Counted from the first letter of the stretch, positions 1-8,872 are shown. The stretch is DNA of 58,628 nucleotides from an uncultured Gammaproteobacteria bacterium (GCA_964561355.1 CAZLPD010000001.1:28780-87407); one strand, 5' to 3'. Notes: a model not told the origin generated them from the letters alone. Numbers and translations: made by a program.

Positions 1-1
1 C

Positions 2-1744
2 ACCACTTCAACAGCTCCCGTGTTTGAGGTGAGCACGTCGACACCTCCAAAATTAGATACCGCAACAAGCACGATCGATTCGGTGACCACCAGCACGACA
101 TCTGCTACACCGCTTCTTGAAGCCACGAGCACCCTGGCATTCGCTACAACAACCGTAGCGACACCACCGTCTTCACTATCGACCACGAGCACAAAGCTAG
201 ATTCCGGATTTTCTTATTCCACATCTACGGACACGCTTACCTCTGCTACCGCAACAACCTTACTCATCTCATCTTCTACAAGCTCTCTTATCAATATTAA
301 AACGATGAGCGCTGCAGCACCTACATCGAGCTCAACACAAACAGCTCCCCTCTCATCCAACACCGTTACCGCTGCAACGATTCAAAACCCAATACCAACG
401 ACCGCCTGCCGTGCGCGTTTGGAGACTATTTTTCCTGCCCCGAGCAGCGGACCTGAATGGATTGAGGTTTCCGGTTGCGATACACCTCAGGAACTTGTCG
501 ACTGGTCCGTTTATGATTCGCAAAGCCTCATCCTCACCATTGCATCCCTCACAGCCGTTGAGTCGCTGAGCGAAGGTGTGTTTCGCATCCCCCTTCCTGG
601 CCAACATCTGAACAACGGCGGGGATACGGTCATGCTGCGCGGACCAGATGGTGGCCTTTACGACATCATCGCCTACCCTTCTCTCAAGCACGACGAGCAC
701 TACGCACGACAAGGCGATAATACCTGGTGGATTCCAGAACGCGTACCGAATACCACTCCTTCAAATGCTATTACGCCCACACCCATCGCGCCGACGCAAG
801 CAGCTAAGAGCGAGCCGGCCCAGAACGCTCCACTTAACGTTGCGACCAACCCACCTACAACGATTACTACTCCTCCACCAATCATCGCTCGAGCCGTGCC
901 TGTCACGAGCTTCTCGCTGGCTGACCACAACTCCACACACGTTACTGACAAATCCTCGTCAAAACCCAAATCCATCAATAAAAAAGTCTCAAAATCAAAA
1001 CAGATCTCCTCATCCTCTATGTCTCTTTCCTTGCAAACGCCGCGAGTTACCCTTTACGGGATCGTCGGCACTCCGCCAAACCTCATCGCCAAACGACGGT
1101 TTGTGCTTCTCAACGCTGATGGGAAGGGCGTTCTCGTTCGCGCCAATAACCTTCAACCTTCGCCGACACTTGGAACGCGCATCCGCGTCACTGGATCACT
1201 CATTACAAATGATGATGGCACGTACCTCGACATGCGTACGCGTGACCGCTGGCAGGTGTCTCAAATGACCATCAACGATCCTACACCTACTCCGTTTAAC
1301 GCCTCAGTGGATGACACGGAACCCTCGTGGAGACTTGCCGAGGTGAGTGGCGTTGTGGAATCACGCAGCGGAAATAGTATCCATCTTACCGTTGGCGACG
1401 ATGAGGTCGTTACTATCATCTCCCCTTCTCTTGCCTATCGTCCTGCGCGGCTTGCTGTCGGAGATGAACTTCGCCTCTCTGGCCTTCTTGATACCAATAG
1501 CCGCCCGCCGCGACTTTACCCGCGTACAGCAGATGATATCGTCATCGTGAAACCAGCACACGCACCGACGCTCAATACCTCTTCCAATACTCACGATAGC
1601 ATTCCTCCGTGGATCCCTGTTAGCGCAGCCGGAACGACGATGGCAGCCGGGTATGGACTACGGCGATTGCGCCAGTGGTACGAAGAACGACGCTTGGCCC
1701 AGCAACTTTCTAGCGCGCTCGAACAATTATCTTCAACGCCTTAA
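2..1744 (+). CDS. S/T-rich exported/anchored protein with lamin-tail (LTD)-like and OB-fold-like domains; 5' end runs off the window
   Basis: ORF track 20..1744. The frame stays open back to nt 2 (TTSTAP), so the CDS is 5'-partial. It has a long Ser/Thr/Ala low-complexity region. RLETIFPAPSSGPEWIEVSG...NNGGDTVMLRGPDGGLYD resembles lamin-tail domains. RVTLYGIV..FVLLNADGKGVLVRAN..RIRVTGSL looks OB-fold-like. The C-terminal hydrophobic helix is PWIPVSAAGTTMAAGYGL. Confidence 0.6.
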   Translation, partial: TTSTAPVFEVSTSTPPKLDTATSTIDSVTTSTTSATPLLEATSTLAFATTTVATPPSSLSTTSTKLDSGFSYSTSTDTLTSATATTLLISSSTSSLINIKTMSAAAPTSSSTQTAPLSSNTVTAATIQNPIPTTACRARLETIFPAPSSGPEWIEVSGCDTPQELVDWSVYDSQSLILTIASLTAVESLSEGVFRIPLPGQHLNNGGDTVMLRGPDGGLYDIIAYPSLKHDEHYARQGDNTWWIPERVPNTTPSNAITPTPIAPTQAAKSEPAQNAPLNVATNPPTTITTPPPIIARAVPVTSFSLADHNSTHVTDKSSSKPKSINKKVSKSKQISSSSMSLSLQTPRVTLYGIVGTPPNLIAKRRFVLLNADGKGVLVRANNLQPSPTLGTRIRVTGSLITNDDGTYLDMRTRDRWQVSQMTINDPTPTPFNASVDDTEPSWRLAEVSGVVESRSGNSIHLTVGDDEVVTIISPSLAYRPARLAVGDELRLSGLLDTNSRPPRLYPRTADDIVIVKPAHAPTLNTSSNTHDSIPPWIPVSAAGTTMAAGYGLRRLRQWYEERRLAQQLSSALEQLSSTP

Positions 1745-1745
1745 T

Positions 1746-1901
1746 ATGCCGCTCCTTGTCCACACACCCACTGCACAGCTCGATGACCTCCTAGAAACTC
1801 TTTGGAATCTAGAAGATATCCATCGCGAGCTTGTTGAGCGGGTAAATCGACTCATCGCTCGCTTGGAAGAGCCTGCGCTTATTCACTCACCATCTCCTTA
1901 A
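1746..1901 (+). CDS. small hypothetical helical protein (51 aa)
   Basis: An internal ATG of ORF 1653..1901 lies 1 nt after the upstream TAA stop, a possible coupling arrangement. The sequence MPLLVHTPTAQLDDLLETLWNLEDIHRELVERVNRLIARLEE is amphipathic-helix-like. I see no SD and no family match. Confidence 0.3.
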   Translation: MPLLVHTPTAQLDDLLETLWNLEDIHRELVERVNRLIARLEEPALIHSPSP

Positions 1902-2033
1902 TCCGTTGACATCTTCTTCCACGCGCTCCATTCTATTCGTATGCACACCCTGCATACCGCCAGCTCGTATTACGCAGCCTCCTGAGGCTGCTGTTGGCGT
2001 TCCGCGTGTACAACCAACCAGCCTTCACGGGCT

Positions 2034-2876
2034 GTGTTTTTTTATCCTTATTCTTCTCGGTTTATGAATCACTCCGATATCGGCATCCTCCCCCTTGATC
2101 ATCCTGGTGCGCAGGACATGGAATACCGTGCCCGCCGAGACGCGATTGCACAGGCAGCAGCAGCGTTTCGAGCCGATCCGCGTGAGATCCCTCTTGTTGC
2201 ATACAGCGCCGAGGAGCATCGCACCTGGCAAACAGCTCTCGAGACTCTCCAACCACTTCACGAGCAGTACGCATGTAAGCGCTACCTTGCTGCGAGGAGA
2301 GCTCTCGATATTCCTACGGATCGTGTTCCGCAGCTTCGTGAGCTCGACGCGCGTCTTTCTTCGATGACTGGCTTTCACCTCGAACCTATCGAGGGTCTTG
2401 TTGATTCGCGCAGCTTTCTTTCTCGTCTTGAGGATCGCGTTATGCTTTGCACGCAATATATTCGCCATCACTCGCGACCTGATTACACGCCGGAGCCTGA
2501 TATTATCCATGAAGTCATCGGTCACACCCCCACGTTTACCGATCCTGATATCGTTCACCTTTCACAAGAGATTGGGCGCGCCGCTAAAAAAGCTAGCGAA
2601 GCGGAACTCCAAGCACTCGAGAGACTTTACTGGTTTACCCTGGAATTTGGATTGCTCCAAGAAGATTCCGAGGTGAAGGTATTCGGGGCTGGGCTTTTAT
2701 CGTCGTTCGGCGAAATGCGCCATGCTTACTCAAAAGACGTGACCTGGAGGCCGTTTAGCATCGATGAAGTGGTTCGCACTCCTTTTGATTTTTCTACGAT
2801 GCAGTCCACCCTCTTCATCGTCCCCTCTTTCGCTACTCTCCGGGCGGAGGTGGAGAGATACTTTGCTATCCATTGA
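2034..2876 (+). CDS. phhA: phenylalanine 4-monooxygenase (aromatic amino-acid hydroxylase)
   Basis: It carries hallmark motifs of biopterin-dependent hydroxylases: EPDIIHEVIGHTPTFTDPDIV (His-x4-His iron ligands), ERLYWFTLEFGLL and KVFGAGLLSSFGE. The true start may be the internal Met at about 2064 (MNHSDIG). Confidence 0.85.
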   Translation: MFFYPYSSRFMNHSDIGILPLDHPGAQDMEYRARRDAIAQAAAAFRADPREIPLVAYSAEEHRTWQTALETLQPLHEQYACKRYLAARRALDIPTDRVPQLRELDARLSSMTGFHLEPIEGLVDSRSFLSRLEDRVMLCTQYIRHHSRPDYTPEPDIIHEVIGHTPTFTDPDIVHLSQEIGRAAKKASEAELQALERLYWFTLEFGLLQEDSEVKVFGAGLLSSFGEMRHAYSKDVTWRPFSIDEVVRTPFDFSTMQSTLFIVPSFATLRAEVERYFAIH

Positions 2877-2909
2877 CCAATCAGAATTCCCTCCCTAGAC
2901 TGCCCGCAT

Positions 2910-3341
2910 ATGCCTGTATTTATTGGTCAAGAACGAACAAAAGCTCGTGGTCGCCTGCGTATGGGACTCAGTATGCCTTTTATTTATGGCATGATCGTTC
3001 CCATTGTGCTTCTCGATATCTCTATCCAGATCTATCAAGCCGTTTGCTTCCGTTTGTACGGGATCGAGCTTGTAGACCGCCGCAAGTACGTTCGCTGCAC
3101 GCCTCGCGGGAAACACCTTCTTACCTGGGTCGATCGCTTCCACTGTTGGTACTGCTCGTATGCAAACGGCGTGTTCAACTTTAGCCGAGTGGTTGCTGGG
3201 GAAACGGAAAAATACTGGTGCCCTATTCGACATACACCGCAGCCAGGAGCTCAAGAACCCGCTCATCATAAGGACTTTGTCCTGGACGGTGACGAGAAGG
3301 CATTGCAGGAGACCGTCTCTTCGTATACATACAAGCAGTAG
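2910..3341 (+). CDS. hypothetical small membrane protein with Cys motif
   Basis: There is one clear hydrophobic helix (MPFIYGMIVPIVLLDISIQIY) followed by HCWYCSYANG...EKYWCPIRH. I recognise no family. Confidence 0.5.
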   Translation: MPVFIGQERTKARGRLRMGLSMPFIYGMIVPIVLLDISIQIYQAVCFRLYGIELVDRRKYVRCTPRGKHLLTWVDRFHCWYCSYANGVFNFSRVVAGETEKYWCPIRHTPQPGAQEPAHHKDFVLDGDEKALQETVSSYTYKQ

Positions 3342-3363
3342 CTACTCACCTATCTAGACCTCT

Positions 3364-3960
3364 ATGATCAAACTCTACGGACCAATGCAATCCAGCGCTC
3401 GACGCTGCGCCTGGATGCTCGAAGAAGCTGGTGCCGCATACGAAAATATCGCCGTGAACATGCAGGCCGGCGAACACAAAGGCGAGGCGTTCTTGAAGAT
3501 CAACCCAAACGGCAAAGTCCCTGTCTTGCAGGATGGTGAATTTGTGATCTGGGAATCACTTGCTATCAACATGTACTTGGCGGAGAAGTACCAACCAGCT
3601 CTTCTTGGCGAAGGTGTTGAAGAACATGGTCATGTGTACCAATGGAGCATCTGGGGCATGTTGAATCTTGGCGGTGCTTTGGAAACGCTTGCTGTTCAGA
3701 AATGGAGAAATCTTCCTGCGGACGCATCTACCGAAGCTGCTCGCGCTGATCTTGGGAAGTTTCTTCCTGTGTTGAATGCCGCTCTTGTTGGCAAAGACTA
3801 TCTCGTCGGTGGACACTTCACCCTTGCTGACTTGAATACGGCTGCTCTTCTCACCAGCACCACATTCGTAGGATACGACCTCAGCGCTCACGCCGAGGTC
3901 GTGCGATGGATGAGCTTGCTCGCTGAGCGCCCAGCCTTCAAAAAGCTACACGCGTCCTAG
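3364..3960 (+). CDS. glutathione S-transferase family protein
   Basis: The N-terminal thioredoxin-like GST signature is MIKLYG..S..RCAWMLEE...FLKINPNGKVPVLQDGEFVIWESLAINMYLAEKY. The C-terminal helical domain follows. Confidence 0.85.
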   Translation: MIKLYGPMQSSARRCAWMLEEAGAAYENIAVNMQAGEHKGEAFLKINPNGKVPVLQDGEFVIWESLAINMYLAEKYQPALLGEGVEEHGHVYQWSIWGMLNLGGALETLAVQKWRNLPADASTEAARADLGKFLPVLNAALVGKDYLVGGHFTLADLNTAALLTSTTFVGYDLSAHAEVVRWMSLLAERPAFKKLHAS

Positions 3961-3974
3961 TTCACGCGTGAGAC

Positions 3975-4004
3975 AAAAAAGACCGGGAATGTCCCGGTCT
4001 TTTG
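3975..4004. terminator. bidirectional intrinsic terminator between the GST gene and ribE
   Basis: aaaaaaGACCGGGAatgTCCCGGTCttttg: an 8-bp GC-rich stem with an A-run on the left and a T-run on the right, between convergent genes. Confidence 0.8.
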
Positions 4005-4005
4005 A

Positions 4006-4608
4006 TTATGTTGTTTTTAGGTATCGTTTAACCGTGTCCACTGTGGCGCGCGTCATGGCGTCGATCTCGAGGTTGACTGTATCACCAACACGCTTCTGAC
4101 CGAATGTCGTGCGTGCAAGCGTTTCTGGAATGAGGTGCACCGTGAACCAATCCGGGCCAACATCTACAATAGTAAGACTGCATCCATCCAAACCGATAAA
4201 ACCCTTTGGCAGAATGTATGGCATCCAGCTCGGATCACACGCGAGCGTGACTACATGGTTATTTGTAGGTGCATCGATAGCGCTGATCTTGGCCATGCCC
4301 ACGATATGCCCGGACATCACGTGCCCACCGATTTCATCACCCATTTTTGCAGAACGCTCTCCATTCACCTTGTCGCCGACGCGAAGAGAGCCGAGCGATG
4401 TTTTATCCAGCGTCTCCCCCATCACATCAAAGCCAAGCCGCGAATCGTCTATCGATATAACCGTGAGACACACGCCAGCAATCGCCACGCTCGCACCGAG
4501 CGATACACCTTGAGCTCGTTCACCAAGATCCACAACAAACGAAAGAGCGCGCTCTTTTTTTTCAAGCGCGGTGATCGTGCCTGTTCCTTGGACGATTCCT
4601 GTGAACAT
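4006..4608 (-). CDS. ribE: riboflavin synthase (alpha chain)
   Basis: MFTGIVQGTGTITALEKKE... is the canonical riboflavin synthase N-terminus. The duplicated lumazine-binding barrel is present (second repeat GHIVGMAKISAI). The length is 200 aa. Confidence 0.9.
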   Translation of the reverse strand: MFTGIVQGTGTITALEKKERALSFVVDLGERAQGVSLGASVAIAGVCLTVISIDDSRLGFDVMGETLDKTSLGSLRVGDKVNGERSAKMGDEIGGHVMSGHIVGMAKISAIDAPTNNHVVTLACDPSWMPYILPKGFIGLDGCSLTIVDVGPDWFTVHLIPETLARTTFGQKRVGDTVNLEIDAMTRATVDTVKRYLKTT

Positions 4609-4613
4609 AGTTA

Positions 4614-4979
4614 TTAGGAGAGGAGTTTCTTTCTTGCCTGATGCACGTCTTGCTCGATTTGCCGTTTGAGCTTCTCGAGATCTTCGAACGCCTCGAGTGG
4701 ACGCAGACGCTCGCCGAGGATGACTTCCAGCGTTTCACCGTAGATGTCCTGATGGAAGTCTAAGATATGAACTTCTGCGCTTGGAACGCCTTGTGCGAGA
4801 CGCCACATACCTATCACCGCGAGACCCTGGTGACGTGCGCCGTTTATCATCACCCAACATGTCCATACGCCGTGCTCGATGTTTGTGGATTCCGCATATT
4901 CAAGATTCGCCGTTGGATAGCCCAGCGTCCGCGCCTCCTTTTTTCCGTGAACGACCACGCCTTGAATTCGCATGAACAT
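4614..4979 (-). CDS. monofunctional riboflavin kinase (RibF C-terminal-domain type)
   Basis: GVVVHGKKEARTLGYPTANL...VHILDFHQDIYGETLEVILGERLRPLEAFEDLEKLKRQIEQD matches the flavokinase domain of RibF. No FAD-synthetase domain is present (121 aa). The stop lies 5 nt upstream of the ribE start. Confidence 0.8.
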   Translation of the reverse strand: MFMRIQGVVVHGKKEARTLGYPTANLEYAESTNIEHGVWTCWVMINGARHQGLAVIGMWRLAQGVPSAEVHILDFHQDIYGETLEVILGERLRPLEAFEDLEKLKRQIEQDVHQARKKLLS

Positions 4980-5080
4980 ACCCTATCGATTTTATGAAAA
5001 GCTAGCAAACATAGCGCACCGCCCGACACGACATGCGCGGCGAGCGGCGAAGAGGGTGAGGTGGTCGGCTAGCGCGAGGA

Positions 5081-5488
5081 CTAACCAGCGACGTAGAGGA
5101 CGTGAATGACGGGCGCCCTGATCGGTGCTGCCGTCGGTCGGATTTCCGGGCGACTCGGGTAAGGTTGCGGTGGCGGCTTGAAGCGGTGCAGGTCGCACGT
5201 GAACCCCGCGCACACGAGTACGCCGGCAAACTTCCCGGCAGGATCGTCATCCGAGAGGACGACCTTCTCTCCGACCTCGGCAGCCTCGACCTGGCTCACG
5301 ACGCCTCCATAGGCGAAGAAGACGGAGAGCCTGAGGGGCGAAGCCTGAGTAGGAGCGGGAAGAGGCGCCTTCTTCTTGTCTGACGGCTTCAGCCACTGAA
5401 CGATGCGGTCGAGGGCATTCCACTCGACACTGTTGCGGTCGAACCGACCTTTCTGCTCCTGCAGGGCGGCCACGACACGATCATGCAT
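5081..5488 (-). CDS. hypothetical protein (GC-rich orphan)
   Basis: 135-aa ORF with strong G/C third-position bias. My hand count of 5161-5220 is 39/60 G+C. Several antisense shadow ORFs overlap it. I recognise no motif. Confidence 0.45.
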   Translation of the reverse strand: MHDRVVAALQEQKGRFDRNSVEWNALDRIVQWLKPSDKKKAPLPAPTQASPLRLSVFFAYGGVVSQVEAAEVGEKVVLSDDDPAGKFAGVLVCAGFTCDLHRFKPPPQPYPSRPEIRPTAAPIRAPVIHVLYVAG

Positions 5489-5611
5489 GGGAACTCTCCT
5501 TTCGTGTTGCGAGCTCCTGGCTAGATCTTTTTTAGATCCACTCAGCAGCCCACACTCATCAGATGTTCGCGATAGTTGACGCCTTTTTTGCGGTTATGTC
5601 AATCCCGCTCA

Positions 5612-5650
5612 AACCCCAAAAGAAAACACCCCGAATCATCAGGGTGTTTT
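5612..5650 (-). terminator. intrinsic terminator downstream of the 728-aa gene
   Basis: On the minus strand: AAAACACCCtgatgattcGGGGTGTTTTcttttgggg. It begins immediately after the TAG stop at 5655-5657. Confidence 0.75.
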
Positions 5651-5654
5651 CTAT

Positions 5655-7841
5655 CTACCAGGGCAAGAACCTTCGCCAGCCCGTTTTTTGTGCAGGGGAC
5701 TTTTCTGCCGCCGGAATCTTTACCGTGTTCCGCTGGTCCCGAAGAGGTTGACCTACTTTGCGCTGTACAGGTTTTTCTTCCGGTAATGGCGCAAGTGGCG
5801 CTTCTTCTGGCCGAGATTGCATGGTCAGCGCCATCTCTTTGTCTGCAAGCACAATAAGCTCCTGCAAAGATCGACCGAGCTCGCCACGATCCATCCCGAG
5901 ACTTGCCACGATGTCATGTACACGCCCCTTGTATATTTCAGCCAAACGCCATTGACTCACTGGATGAACCTTTACGATAGAGGTGTTCAGAAAAGCTGTA
6001 ACCGTCAGCTCTATGCGCCGCGCTATCTCTTCCGGTGTTTTTCCACCCACGAGCTTTTGAACATCTCGTAGACGCTCTTGCGCATCAGTTCGCTCCTCTT
6101 TAGACACACCTCCCGCGTGAGCTTTGGCATCCAATATCTCTAGACGATCCTTCGCCGCATCAACGAGTGTCGTCATGGGCTCATAGGCTCCCTGAGGAAG
6201 TGAGAGATGTGGAAGCTCCCGCAAGTCACGCGAGGGAGCGTTCAGAAGACCCATGACCGCTGGCATAGGCAACTCCATTCTTCGCTTCCTTGTCGCCTTC
6301 CCATACCCACCATCATCGCCCTCAATAGACTCTGCCTCATTCAGGGATGCCATAAACTCCTCCCGCCATCTCTTACGATCACTATCGTTCACGCTTGGGC
6401 GCCCTTCGAAGGTCTTCCCTGAGAGGATCATCGTTGGTATGTCACGCGCTAGCCGCTCAGCCTTTTCTAGTGCCTGCAGCTTCTTTTCGAACGTAATTTG
6501 CTCATTCAGTCGACGGTTATCTTCTCTCGTTCCAGACATCGCCGGCTCTAGGCTACCTACGCCGTTCGACGCGCCTTGCATCGATCTGCGGAAGACGGGA
6601 AGGTTTTTTTCTATGGCTGTTTTTGTTTGCTCTGCCGTCTCATAGCGCTCGAGCGCCACCTCATACTCACGCATCAGCTCCGCTCGCGACTTCTCTCCCT
6701 TTGGGGTGGAAAGTGCGCTTGCGAGGTTCTTGAATCCGTTTTTTAACCCACTTCCAATAGAAGAGATCCACGAACTCTTTAGACGGCTTACGTCCTCAAT
6801 GGGCGGGCTCGATGGTTGAAACGGAAGCTCAACAAACTCACCCCTTTCCGCTAATCTCCCAGCCGCATCTTCTAGTTGCTTCTTGTACTCGGCTGCTCGC
6901 GCTGCATAGATCGCTACCCCCTCCGCCCGTTCCTGCGCTTTTTGACGCTGCTCTTCTTGATAGCTCGCCGCCAAACGTCGATCGGATAGCTCTTTGTTAT
7001 CTAGCGGGGCCAATGCCTCTACCCGTGCCGCACCACCAAGAACGCTCGTCTCCTGTTTTCTGGACGACAACATTCTCATGCGACCGTTTTTTGGAGCAAT
7101 CGTCTCCGGCGCTAAAGAACCTCTGAGAGCCGCTGTTTCTTTTTTTACCGGTACAGGAGGCTTTACGAATGAAAGAATCGGTACATCCATACCATCCCCG
7201 TCTGGATTGAAGTCTAGATCAGGAAGATCGACGAGCTTGTCGTCTTTCGGCAACCTCTTTCCGGATAAAGATAATTCCGCACGCATCGTATTGAGTTCGT
7301 GACTCAACGCCTTATGCATGTCTCCTTGACCCTTATGCAGGGCCGCGATTTGAGCCTCGAGCTTATCAATCCTTTTATGCGCGTCCTGAGGCGCTTGCTC
7401 GCGCTTCGCGTCCGGTGACATGGGAACCTCTTCGACAAACTCAACTATGTCAGGATCTAGATAAACCTCCTCCGCTGGAGCAACTTCGCGCGCCTTTGCT
7501 GGCTGCCTGGCTTTCGGTGTAGGCACGACGTCATCAACATCATCCTCAACATCGCTTTCACTCAGTCCGACGTCCTCCAAATAAGGCGTGTGTTTGGGCA
7601 CAGGCTCTTTTCTTAGCGATGTTGGTGACTGTGTTCCTGCTCTCGAAGACACGCTGTCTTTTTTTGGCAGTGGTGATGGCTCTTTTTTTGTTGACTGACG
7701 AGGGATACCGATCGGTGCCGGTACCTTATCTATACCACCGAATGCGTCGGCGAATAAGTCCGCTTTTCTTACTCGCACACGCGCATCTTTGGGTGCGCTT
7801 TTATTCACTTCTCTATACCCACCGCCATTACCATCTGCCAT
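5655..7841 (-). CDS. large charged, low-complexity/coiled-coil hypothetical protein
   Basis: 728-aa uninterrupted ORF rich in K/E/R/A/P, with predicted long helices (e.g. RIDKLEAQIAALHKGQGDMHKALSHELNTMRAEL). I see no TM segment and no enzymatic motif. Confidence 0.6.
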   Translation of the reverse strand: MADGNGGGYREVNKSAPKDARVRVRKADLFADAFGGIDKVPAPIGIPRQSTKKEPSPLPKKDSVSSRAGTQSPTSLRKEPVPKHTPYLEDVGLSESDVEDDVDDVVPTPKARQPAKAREVAPAEEVYLDPDIVEFVEEVPMSPDAKREQAPQDAHKRIDKLEAQIAALHKGQGDMHKALSHELNTMRAELSLSGKRLPKDDKLVDLPDLDFNPDGDGMDVPILSFVKPPVPVKKETAALRGSLAPETIAPKNGRMRMLSSRKQETSVLGGAARVEALAPLDNKELSDRRLAASYQEEQRQKAQERAEGVAIYAARAAEYKKQLEDAAGRLAERGEFVELPFQPSSPPIEDVSRLKSSWISSIGSGLKNGFKNLASALSTPKGEKSRAELMREYEVALERYETAEQTKTAIEKNLPVFRRSMQGASNGVGSLEPAMSGTREDNRRLNEQITFEKKLQALEKAERLARDIPTMILSGKTFEGRPSVNDSDRKRWREEFMASLNEAESIEGDDGGYGKATRKRRMELPMPAVMGLLNAPSRDLRELPHLSLPQGAYEPMTTLVDAAKDRLEILDAKAHAGGVSKEERTDAQERLRDVQKLVGGKTPEEIARRIELTVTAFLNTSIVKVHPVSQWRLAEIYKGRVHDIVASLGMDRGELGRSLQELIVLADKEMALTMQSRPEEAPLAPLPEEKPVQRKVGQPLRDQRNTVKIPAAEKSPAQKTGWRRFLPW

Positions 7842-7892
7842 ATTAATGTAATGTAAATAACGTTTTTTTCATTGTACCACATGATACACAAA

Positions 7893-7918
7893 AACGTCCC
7901 GACGAATCGGAACGTTTT
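7893..7918 (-). terminator. intrinsic terminator downstream of the tRNA-Ile/tRNA-Gly pair
   Basis: ACGTCCCGAcgaaTCGGAACGT hairpin (one mismatch) flanked by an A-run and a T-run. It separates the tRNA genes from the start of the 728-aa gene. Confidence 0.65.
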
Positions 7919-7921
7919 TGT

Positions 7922-7996
7922 TGGAGCGGGTAAGGGGAGTCGAACCCCTATCTCTACCTTGGCAAGGTAGCATAATAGCCGCTATACGATACCCGC
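7922..7996 (-). tRNA. tRNA-Gly(GCC)
   Basis: The reverse complement is GCGGGTA..CTACC-TTGCCAA-GGTAG..AGGGG-TTCGACT-CCCCT-TACCCGC-T-CCA. The cloverleaf folds by hand, the anticodon is GCC and CCA is encoded. Confidence 0.9.
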
Positions 7997-7997
7997 G

Positions 7998-8074
7998 TGG
8001 TGGGCGTGGATGGAGTCGAACCATCGACCTTTACATTATCAGTGTAACGCTCTAACCAACTGAGCTACACGCCC
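7998..8074 (-). tRNA. tRNA-Ile(GAT)
   Basis: The reverse complement is GGGCGTG-TA-GCTCAGTTGGTTAGAGC-G-TTACA-CTGATAA-TGTAA-AGGTC-GATGG-TTCGACT-CCATC-CACGCCC-A-CCA. Confidence 0.92.
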
Positions 8075-8137
8075 GTCGCGCCTTTAATTTGCCCCGGCAC
8101 GATACCCAATCTTCACGATCTTTGCAAGAGCTGGAAC

Positions 8138-8872
8138 TTAGTCAAAGCGTTCCTGGTGGACCCGCTTCTTCTCTACCCCGGCCGCTTCCAGGATTCCACG
8201 GACCGTATCCATGAATGGATTAGGGCCACAGAGGAAGAAATGGGCGTTGGCGGCCGTTTCTGCCAAGAGAGGAGCTAGCATCGCCGCATCCACCCTTCCC
8301 GTGTGCCCTGCCCACCCTGGGGGGTGCTCACCTGTTAGGGTGGCGAGGACCTTCATGGAAGGATGGAGATGGCGTAAGTCCTCGAATTCTTCTAGGTAGG
8401 CCGCTTCCTCGGCGTAGCGGTTTGAGTAGACGAGGTGGATTGGAGTTTGAAGGCCTTGGCAGAATAATTCCCGGATCATGCTACGCAGCGGTGTGACACC
8501 AATTCCCCCAGCCATGAACACGAGAGGTGTTTCTGGGGCCGGCGGTAAGACGAAGGCGCCGAACGGACCCTGTAATGCCACCACTGAATCAAGCGAGAGC
8601 TGTGACGCACGCTTCGTGAAGTCGCGCTCAACTTTTATCCCAAGCTCGAGCGGCCCTTTGTCGGAAGGAGCTGTCGCGATGGAGAATGCGGCTTTCCAGG
8701 TTGTTCCGTCTTCATTTAGCAAATGAAGATAGACCCACTGCCCCGCTTTGAAGGATAAGGCATTCTCCCCCTCGCAAGGCATGAGGCGCATGGTAAAAAT
8801 CTCGGGGGCTTCCCACACGATTTCTTGCACGCGGAATTTTCGGAGGCGTAGAACCTCTGGGACATTGGTCAT
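8138..8872 (-). CDS. FAD/NAD(P)-binding oxidoreductase (ferredoxin-NADP reductase-like fold)
   Basis: FNR-family layout: FRVQEIVWEAPEIFTMRL, FKAGQWVYLHL, AFSIATAP (RxYS-like), GPFGAFVL, and PLVFMAGGIGVTPLRSMI (NAD(P) binding). There is no Fe-S domain. Confidence 0.75.
   Translation of the reverse strand: MTNVPEVLRLRKFRVQEIVWEAPEIFTMRLMPCEGENALSFKAGQWVYLHLLNEDGTTWKAAFSIATAPSDKGPLELGIKVERDFTKRASQLSLDSVVALQGPFGAFVLPPAPETPLVFMAGGIGVTPLRSMIRELFCQGLQTPIHLVYSNRYAEEAAYLEEFEDLRHLHPSMKVLATLTGEHPPGWAGHTGRVDAAMLAPLLAETAANAHFFLCGPNPFMDTVRGILEAAGVEKKRVHQERFD

Noticed and set aside
4980-5080. Expected FMN riboswitch upstream of the riboflavin kinase/ribE unit
   Set aside because: Read on the minus strand, none of the conserved RFN blocks I know (GGGTGAAATTCCC-like, CCGACAGT..AGTCTGGATG-like) are present. 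A covariance-model scan would be needed for certainty.
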